Shown one piece after another: positions 46,030 through 55,341 of a stretch of DNA of 64,000 bases. The stretch spans positions 302,722 to 366,721 of the forward strand of contig CAJINV010000017.1 in the NCBI GenBank assembly GCA_905178155.1. The letters are read 5' to 3'. Under the pieces are notes generated by a model that was not told the origin of the DNA, searched no databases, and was given only the letters and a program-made list of their open reading frames with translations. This stretch comes from Amoebophrya sp. A120 (taxonomy: Eukaryota; Protista; Dinoflagellata). Position 1 is the stretch's first letter. Each line of letters begins with the position of its first letter. The position numbers and the translations under genes were made by a program.

Positions 46030-47036
46030 AATAAAACCTAGTGCATCTTCACGATCACGTGCGTCCGTCGGTTATTCTTGCTGCTTCCGGCTTTGCCGTT
46101 GGGGATTCCGGCTTTGCCGTTGGCATGTTTTTGAATTCATAAGATTTTTCCTCTTCTTTGCAATTGGTAGCGAGGGGCTTCAAGGGGGTGGAAAGTGACG
46201 GACGAACCTTGAGAATTTCAATGTCAAGGGTTAAGAGAAGAAACATCTTATGCCCCTTCTCTTCGGAAGATATAGATGTCGCATTTTGATAAGAAAGCAG
46301 AGGATGACCCCTAGTCCCGAAATTTCCGCTACCATGGGCATTATTTGTCGAAAAGCAGTCACGTGTCTTCAATTTGCAGGTGCCCTGCGCGCTACCTCTA
46401 GAGATAATTTCCGTCTCCTCTAATCAGATTTTGTCTCTGAAGAGGGCAGAAAGAAGACTAGCTACGCTGACGAGAGATCCTAACTCGTCACGATTGCTCT
46501 TTCCAAAAATGTCCGCCACTGTCGTTCCTCGCTGATGGCCATGCCTTCCAATCCCCCTTTTTTTTTATCCAACAAAAAGCTTTGTTTTGGGCTAGTCAGC
46601 TTGGACGCCAGGGCACAAGGAGACAGGTATAGTGACACAGCCGCCAAGACATAGCAGAGGCGAACGGAGTCGAAGACAGCGCCAGCCTCTTGGGTGCCCG
46701 CTTTCTTTGCGTAGCAAGATCGTGCGCACCCTGGCTGTGTCTTCCCAAGCGTGACGGGGTGGAGCGATTACGTACCTACGAGGATGAGGAGCCTCGGCTT
46801 GCTAAAACATCATTGCGGACGGCCCCGCATTGATGTCGGACAAGTCCCGAAGACGCATGTTGATCACGTTGAACCGCGGCGGAGGAGGAGATGAGCAGAC
46901 ATCTATCTTAATCCTCCTTGAACACTAGGATCTGCACTACTTCTCTTTGCTTATGGTTTATAGTTGATCTCATACTAAAAAAATAAAACCTAGTGCATCT
47001 ACTTCACGATCACGTGCTTCCGTCGGTTATTCTTGC
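46030..47036. repeat. Pair of ~52-bp direct repeats about 950 bp apart
   Basis: AATAAAACCTAGTGCATCT(ACT)TCACGATCACGTGC.TCCGTCGGTTATTCTTGC at 46030-46081 and 46982-47036. Confidence 0.8.
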
Positions 47037-48294
47037 AAAAACGATCACGTGCCTCTTGCAGCCAAAATGGATAAGAAATATCGAGACCCTGGACAAAAAA
47101 TGAATAAATGCAGATCGGTCAGGTGACGTAATTGCTACTAGACGTAGGCATAAGAAATATCAAAATAAGCAGGATCCTGAAGAAACTGAAGCGTAAAAAA
47201 TGTTTCAGTGGAAGGAGTTCTAGTTCTCGTCAGATGAATGAAGACGGAAATCGGTCAAGAGAGCAGCACAGAAATAGATCCGCGAAGTACCTCTATTGCT
47301 CCTGGAGGTTCCTCGGATCATTCTGAAAGGCTAGAGTCAAGATCGGTCGAAAAATCACGATCAGACAGAAACAAGATCCGCGTAATTAGGGCTCCTAAGA
47401 GGATGATCCTGCAAGAAATGCGAAGCCCTTTTTTTAGGAACAAATTGGCCTAGCAAGGAAAAAGGCTCCTAAACGCCGACCAAATGAAAACAAAACGGCA
47501 ACTAACGGGGCAGAAAAGCACGAAAGGGCGGCCCAAGAGCGCCCCGGCCTTTTCAGGTTGTGCCCCCTCTACCCTGACGCGCGCGCCCTCGTTCCGTGTG
47601 CCAATTGGCGGCCTTCGGTGGCACCAGCGGGAACAGCGCGAATTTCTATGCGCGGCTGTGCGCGCATGCCTTCTGGGCTGTCCGGCCACCGGCGTGCTGC
47701 TTAGCGACTATCGCGAGGACTATTTTGCGACAAGCACCCTCAAAGCAGACGCGCCGCTTTTTGACAGACGCGCAGGCTCCATACCGGTGCCGAGGGGAAG
47801 TCGTGCGAATGTCGGACCAAGCATTGCGGCCCTCTGTGTGGGGTAAAGCTAGTAGAGGGCCAAGCGAGGACTCCTCCGCCCTTGTGTGTCTGCCCCAAGG
47901 TCGCGAGATGTTGAGTCAGGTCGGAAGAGGGGCGGGGGAATGAACCGACCTGAAGGCCACAGAAAATGCGAAGGGAAGGGCGAAAAAAGAACAGCAACAG
48001 GCGCCACGGGAAGGCCTCGACGGCCCGTCGGGAAGCCGTCGGCCCGTCCTCAGACACGGTGGGACTCTCGATTTTTTCCGGTTGGGAGGGGCCCCCAACC
48101 GGAGAAAATGGAGCGCCCCACCATGTCTGAGGACAAACCGGCGGCTTCCTGGCGGGCCGCGAGGCCTTCCCGGCCGGTGCGCCTGCACGTAGCTGTATGG
48201 CCTGCCACATAGCGGCCCCTTCCCCTTGTCCCTTTCCTTGAGCCTTTCCTTCGGATTTTGGTAGATTTTCGGCAAATTTTTGGGAGCTTTCAAA

Positions 48295-48945
48295 AACGCA
48301 GAGTGATACGCACTCCGCCTTTTTTTTGAAACGCACAGTGACACGCAGAGTGACACGCACACTGATACGCACTCGTCAAACACGACCTGTTTCTCGTTTT
48401 TGACGGGTGTGTACTGTCAAACCGCTCTGTAAATTGACACGCAGTGAGTGCGTGTCAGTGCGTGTCACTTTTACAGAACGGAGAGAGGTTTTGGAAAGTT
48501 TTGGAAATATAATTCACCGACGGTATTGAGTGACACGCACTCACTGCGTGTCAAGTGCGTGTCACTCTTCACGCCTGTATTCTCGCCACCAGCGATTCGG
48601 TCGTGCGTGTCACCAGAATATAGGTGCAAAAAGTGACACGCACTGACACGCACTAGATGCGTGTCACTATCATACCGTGCAGGAGAGTGAGAGACAGCGC
48701 CTGTCGTCTTTTGGTCTTCCCCGATGGTATACGGTGACACGCACTGAGTGCGTGTCACTTTTTGCACCTATATTCTGGTGACACGCAGTGACACGCATTG
48801 CGGTACGCAAGTGACACGCAGTGTGACACGCACTGCGTGTCACTTGCGTATCACTTTGCGTGTCAACTGCGTGTCACTTTTTGGACTCAACTGCGTGTCA
48901 ACTGCGTGTCACTTTTTGGACTCAACTGCGTGTCACTTTTTGGAC
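48295..48945. repeat. Dense array of TGACACGCA/TGCGTGTCA motifs in both orientations, with nested inverted repeats
   Basis: More than 20 copies of the 9-mer. A 41-bp perfect inverted pair lies at 48604-48644 / 48747-48787, and there are 26-bp tandem units at the right end. Confidence 0.9.
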
Positions 48946-49047
48946 GTTTTGCTTGTCTGAGCGTGTTCATTTTTTTGCGCCTTTTCTTCCCGAATTCGAG
49001 TGCCTTTTTTTGCGCCACATTCTGCTTTTTTGAACAACAGAAAATAC

Positions 49048-49600
49048 GGCTTTTTTCTGTACTTTGGCAGCTCCAAGTTGAAGAAAAAGGCCGCGCTGTA
49101 TGTTTTGCTGCAGAAAGTACTCAAGACCGGCGCCCCCGCCCTGCTGGCGGGGGTCGGTTGGCCGGCATGGGAGAGAGCACGAAGCGCCCGGAAAAGGGAA
49201 AAGAGGCCTTTTCCTGAAACTTGGCGGCCCGAAGTTGCAGAAAAAGGCCTCCAAATGATTGCCGCGAGCAAGTGCGCGCGCTTGGTCTGGCTTGGCTTCT
49301 TTGGCTCGGGCGATGCTTCCTCGCTATTGTTGGGCGCGCAGCTGGGCGCGCGGTTGGGTGCAAGCCGGCTTCTTGGCTGCGATAGCTGCGAAGAAACGAA
49401 AAGACGAGCTTTTTCTGCAACTTGGCGGCCCCAACTTGTCGAAAAAGCCTGTCAGCCGAGACCTGTTGAACAAGACCGCTGCGCCTTTTGATGCTGCCTG
49501 GCCGGAGGGGCCCGGTGACCTTCCGCCCTAGGCCCTCGCATTTGTGCCTGGCCGCTAACTGAGGCCTTTTCTGGCAACTTGCAGCTGGGAACTTGTCCAA
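49048..49600. repeat. Four diverged ~45-bp imperfect palindromes (GGCCTTTTC...CTTGGCGGCCC.AAGTTG..GAAAAAGGCC)
   Basis: Copies near 49050, 49205, 49408 and 49563. Confidence 0.6.
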
Positions 49601-50435
49601 TTTGCGCGTCTTCTTTTTGTGTTTCTTGTGTTGGGCTCTGGGGCCAAAAGAAACACTTCGACAGCGCCACTCCCTATCGCCGCCTGGCGTCCCATGGCCA
49701 TGGTAGTGGACATTTTGAGCGCGTTTCAGAAGCCACCCAGTTGCTAGGCCGATTTGACTCCGACTTTTTTACCCTGAGGCCTCTATGTTGTTTCTAGTTC
49801 TAGTAGAACTATTGGAGTCTTCGTGTCAGCCACTTGCTTCTGGACGTCAGTCCTGGTGGAGCTCCGGGTCATTTACTCCTGACCAAAGTTCAAATATGCT
49901 TGCTTTCCAATCTCCATTGCAGTTGTTTTGTGCCAATTGATGCTGGTATTTTCATTCGTGAATCTTCCTCGAGCTGCAGCTTGACGTTTTTTGGGATACT
50001 TAACAACATACTGCATACTACTTCTCTCATCAACCCCGAGCTTTCATCATTTTATTTCGCTTTTCATCTCATAAATTTGGGGCAGTACTACCACGCGGCC
50101 ACTCGAATCGGCAAGTCGGCTTCATTTATTTTAGCATATTTCTTTGCATTACTTCTCGTGACAGCTACTGAGATTTTAACGCTGACGAGTTTTGTGCAAT
50201 TTATTATCGGCAACGACAACATTATTCCTAAGTTTTTTTTTACCAACACCAACACGAACCAGCCGCAGATTCCTCGCACTTTTGTAACTATTGTTGATCT
50301 TCCCCATCCTTTAGTGAGGGGGCGTAAATAGTTGTACGGTTAGAAGCAGCTTATTTGTGATTCAGATATCAATCCGCAAGAATTTTCAAAAGGAACAAGA
50401 AAAACGAACAGCTATAACAGTACACCACAGCGAGA

Positions 50436-53131
50436 ATGCTTTTGCTTGGAGCAAATCGATCGTCTCTCGTCCTTGGGAGTGTTTGCTCTCTCTACTCCTA
50501 CGGCGTGTTTGCAGATGCCGCAGGTCCGGTGGCGGGGGTCGATGGGCGTCAACGACGGCCGCGCTCCACCTCACCAGCGAGTGGGACGCGCAGCAGGACT
50601 AGGGCCCCGGCGGACCGAGACCCCACGGGACCGGGCCCGCGCGCCTCCAGCGCCCCGCCAGCACTGGACCGCCATCATCTTGGATGGGTATCTGATGTGC
50701 CGCTGCAGTTCTTTTCTCTTGCCGGCGGACCCCTGGCAGACTTGGGTGAGCTCTCGCCGCACCAGTGGTCACAATGGAGTTCGGCAGAGCTTTACCACCA
50801 TGTGGAGACCGTGCTATTACGTGCCGAAAAGCTTCCCTGTAAAATGGTCGACATTGTCTTCCGTAATGGTGCCGCAACATCAACTCCTGTTATCCTACCT
50901 CGTCGGGATGTCTCTCGGAATCTATCCGCAGTAAAAGCGTCGCTGCGATCCCCAGGGTCGTGTGGTCCAAATCTGCATCCACAGCATCAATCTCTCACGT
51001 GAAACAAGCCCTATGAAGAGAGATGTTCTTCTAAATGGTACAGTTTAGGATTTGTCATGCTCAAATCAAGACCAGCACAAGCTGCAATGAAGTTGAAGTG
51101 GCTGTGCTGGCTCCGTGATCTGTCCCGCCTCGCGCAAACTACCAAATACGACCACCCTGTAGACACCCAAATTTCTCATGCATGTCTCCCGCGACAGGCA
51201 CGGCAGCTCGGCGACTTGTTTTGCCCTTTGCTTCTCATCTTGACCACTTAGGTGGGGACCGACGAGCACACTTTTACACCGGATAGAACGGAGCTCCGCT
51301 TTTGTTAGCAGAAGTGTTGCGGGAGGATATTGTGCGAAGTGGAACTACCAGGGCAGCACAACCCCACCAACTCCATGTCGTCGCTCTGAGTGGGGGCAAC
51401 AAGCCTTTCCCCGATCGGGGGAGGTATCAAGTGCAAATATGTCTGGGTCTGAAGATGAAAATTTTGGATCAGACAAAAATCTATCTGTCATGCATGAAAG
51501 GCAATTCACCTGATACACAATGTCTCGCCCGCAGTTGTAGCACAGTCTGTTTATGTCATGCATGACAGGCAAACACGCAGCAAAATCTGGGATTTCTCAT
51601 GCGGGATAGGCATTCATTGAGAAAGCTCCTCAAAACCTGCGATGCGATTGCTTGCACGCCAAAGCTTGTGGGTAATGCAAAAACTAAAACAGCATGACCA
51701 GATCCAGACAGAAACATTTTTGCAATGCATAGGAGGCTCGCTGATGCGATTGATCTTTGGCGGGTTGATGGTCCTCATTACTTCGATGACGCGAAGAAAG
51801 TGGAGGGGCGTCGCCGCATCGTTGCCGAGTTCGGCGATGTAAACGAGTGGAATGTCTGCCTAGTCAAGAACATCGGCTTGTTGTTCTCTGAGCTAGATTG
51901 GCCGCAGTTCTTTCATCCGACCTTCAAAATTTCGAAGTGGTACACACGGGGCGTGCGCAAAATGGAGGGAGTCTTCCGTAGTGCTGTCAACTTCAACGAA
52001 GACATCAGTGCGTGGGACGTCCAGGACGTGGTCAGCGTATGGCATTCTCAAACTTGGCTACGTTGGTCGTTCTTGATAGTATTTGTCATGTAGAAGGAGC
52101 ACCATCAGCATCACCCTTCACGCGGTCTAGCTTCCTCGCATGGCGCAAATAAGCCCTCGACGGGCTAGTAAGAAAATAAATTTGTAATTAGCACTGGAAT
52201 CCGTTGTTTCAAATCTGTAATGCAAGACACGCAACATCATGCGGATGCGTCCAGTCCTTGGAGCCACCGCCCCCCTTTTTGTTTTGGCTTTTCCTTTTGC
52301 TACAGCTAGTGTTGCATAAAACTACATGAGTCCGCATGTAACATCGCCGACCAATGTAAAAACATTTGAGAATGCCACATAGCATGCGGGGAATGTTTTC
52401 AGGCGCGGAGCACTTCAATCAGCCACTTGGACCTTGGAAGGTGGGCGCTGTGCGAGACATGAGCTTTATGTTTTCTGGTGCTAGTGCTTTTAACCAGGCC
52501 TTGAATGAGTGGGACGTCAGCAATGTTTTGACCATGGAGAGCATGTTTGGGAAAGCTAGCGCCTTCAACCAAGAAGTCAGCAAGTGGAACGTCGTCAGGG
52601 TGCGCACTATGGCCGGCATGTTTCGGGAAGCGGATGCCTTCAATCAGTCGCTTGCCGAATGGGGGGAAAAAATCGGGCTGGTCGATCCTGGGCCCCAATA
52701 TGCACATCGCTGGGACGTGCGTGCCACTGGAATGTTTTTTGATGCCAGGTCGTTTATCCTGTGCAAAAGTATCGTACTTACTCGTATTGCAGTCATGCAC
52801 TACAAATCTTTTTCTTACGGTGATTTCGCATTACAAATTTCATTTCTCATGCTAAGGAAATCTGTAATGCATTTATACGAGTGCGATACTTTTGCAGCGC
52901 ATATCGTTCAGCCAAAGTTTGGTGGCTTGGGATGCGTGGATGCTGAAACAGCACCGCCGGAACCCAAACGTCTTCTTCGGAATGCTGCAGGGCGCTGTGA
53001 GTTTTGTCCCAGCGGAGCAATTGACGGAAAATCAGAGGAACATTATGCACAAAAGCTATGGCTACGGGTACGGCATCAACCAGGCCGGCCGCGTCGACCG
53101 CGTCGCCGCGGACCAGCTGCCGGATGTGTGA
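50436..53131 (+). CDS. DUF285/PARCEL (bacterial surface 25-26-residue repeat) protein with putative signal peptide (5 exons)
   Basis: Repeats FNQxLxxWDVSxVxxMxxMFxxAxA. Exons 50436-50922, 51291-51424, 51737-52037, 52385-52754, 52909-53131 join in frame. The N-terminus is hydrophobic and ends VFA-DA. Confidence 0.8.
50923..51285. mobile_element. Introner-like TIR element (singleton family G)
   Basis: Imperfect TIR TATCCG..GTAAAAG.GT...CG.TCCCCA, flanks GAATC/GAACG, frame restored. Confidence 0.78.
51425..51731. mobile_element. Introner-like TIR element, family B
   Basis: Perfect repeat GGAGG. Removal gives DRGR-LADAI. Confidence 0.88.
52038..52379. mobile_element. Introner-like TIR element, family F-related
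   Basis: TATGGCATTCTCAAA / TTTGAGAATGCCACA (terminal TA changed to CA), flanks CAGCG/TAGCA. Restores the DUF285 repeat WDVQDVVS-MRGMF. Confidence 0.82.
52755..52903. mobile_element. Introner-like TIR element, family A
   Basis: Perfect repeat TCGTT. Removal restores ARSF-SQSLVAWD. Confidence 0.9.
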
Positions 53132-55341
53132 TCTACATGGCCCCGATGAAGAAAAGCAAAAGAGAAGTCGAAAGCGCCTTGATATGCGCCCTTGCAGTTC
53201 TTACACGCGAAACTGCAAGAGCCGGACGATTTCTGTTTTTTTTATTCAGCGGCATCTGGAAAATTATGATGGAAGGCTGGAACAGCCGCCGCTCCACCTT
53301 CGCACTATTTCAGCATCGTAGTGCGATAAAGGCGCATCTTTCTCTTCACTCGAGGCGTCGCTTTTTTTATGCAACAGTATGCAGATCGAGGATGCTCTAG
53401 CTCTATCCAGCCTGGATGAAGATTTTTTCGTGTTACTCAAGATATTTCGGATTCCTTTGAAGATTTTACTTTTTCGTGCTTGCCAGTCCTTCAGCCCCAG
53501 CTCCTTCCAGGTCAGCTCCTTCACAGACGAAAAACCCGCTCCGGCGACTCAGCTCGATGCTCTAGAGGATCTGGCACTGGACGAGGACCTGGAGGCTTTT
53601 ATGCGTGATTGAATGAACAAGAACACCACGGAGGAGATAGTCCTAATGAATCTACTTAAGCAGAGCGCTAAAAACTTCTTCGAAGAAAAAAGTGCATAGC
53701 AGATGGGGCCGATCATGATTCTGAAGAGCTTTATTATGATTAATTTCATCTTTCCTTGCATCTTTTTCTTTTTGCAAGGTCCTTTTGTTTCTCAGTATTT
53801 CTTGCGCCGGCGAACTTGGGTCGGTGCAGGAACTCTGGGACCAGAGGAGGAAACATCGGAAGAAGCTGAGCTTCTATGGCCGCGTTTTATTACAATTACT
53901 ACAGTCCGAAAATAATTCATTTTCTTAGTCTTTCCTTGACTAGATCTACAATATTTGGTTCAAATGTGCATCATATCGTGTGTACTAGAAGTGGAGATGA
54001 TTTTGTTTCCACTTTTCTCATGACTCATGAGTCATGAGATCTACATTCAACACGACCCGCATTTGGAACTTCTTCCTCGTGTAATGTTTTACTACAAAAT
54101 AAACTTTGTTACCTCCAGGAAAGAACATTAACAAGTGAAAGCTCTTGGGTAGACGTAGAAGTTATTTCTGGCGCACGAACATGACTCACGTGGAAGCTTG
54201 TATGTTGTGCGGTGCCCCCTGAGGAGCTACTTGCGCCGCAGCAGCTACAACATGGAGGCACATTGCTGATTTACGTGTATGATTACTCACAAGATCTATT
54301 GTTATCGCAGGTGCAGCTCATATCAAAGACTAGAAGAGCTTTCTTTCTTTCTTTCTTTCTTTCCATGCCCGGGCATGGCTTCAAATGTTCTAGGCCCTAA
54401 AAGTTCCGTTGCAATCCCAATTTCTTCTTTCTCGATTTGATCTCGCAATAAGGTGAAGAACGGTGAAGAACCACGCCGCGCTATTTTGCGCGACGTATCA
54501 ACCTATACTTATCGATGACAAGCGGAAAAACTGTGCTGATTGACGAGCTTCTGTGGTTTCATTTGTGTGGGGAGCGCAAGACGCTCAATGAGGTCACGTG
54601 TTCGAATTGTTCGGATTTTGTTGGTCTCCCATTTCGTTAGTGATAGAGTGTCCGTGTCGTCGCCTAGGCGTCTACCAATAAATCGCACACGGCTAGTGCG
54701 TGGCGTTATTTTCTTGGTTCCCCTTCCATTGATAGGCATGTCCATGTCCTCGGTGCCTTACTAGCGGAGGAGATCGATGAACAAAACGAAAAGCGCCCAA
54801 GCTCCAAGACACACTACAAGAAATGCCAGTGCGATCAGATCCAAATGCCAACCATTGATTTCGCCCATGAGTTAGGACGCGTCTTGTGCGGGGAGTACAG
54901 ATCTACTTCTGAGCCCGGCACAAATCACTAACGAGGATTATTTGAAAACCTCGCTTAACAGTATATGGACCAATCTTCTCCTGCCGACGACTCCCCTCTG
55001 TCATGCGCAGCTGCAATAAGCAGCATGCCCTCGTCGACCTCGTCCCAGGTCGACCACAGCAGGGGCTTCAGAAATGTTATTTATTTCATAGTCATAGACA
55101 TAGCCTTTTTGCCAGGCGCCATAAAGAGCTGCAGCAGAGGTGCAAAACTAGCATACGTTCTGTCCATTTAAAACTTGTGAACAGCCCAGAGACTTCTCAC
55201 TCTTGCCGTTCTGCTTCACTGCGGAAGTTTTCATCATCTTCCCGTTTTCCACACCACGCGCCTTTGTACACTCCTGCCACCGATATTCACCCACATCGAG
55301 CATTTCACGATATCTTCAAAAAGACTCTCTGCTCACCAAAG

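Noticed and set aside
45454-50400. Autonomous transposase or other gene in the long intergenic region
   Set aside because: The ORFs are short, repeat-derived or low-complexity, with no DDE, RT or recombinase motifs visible.
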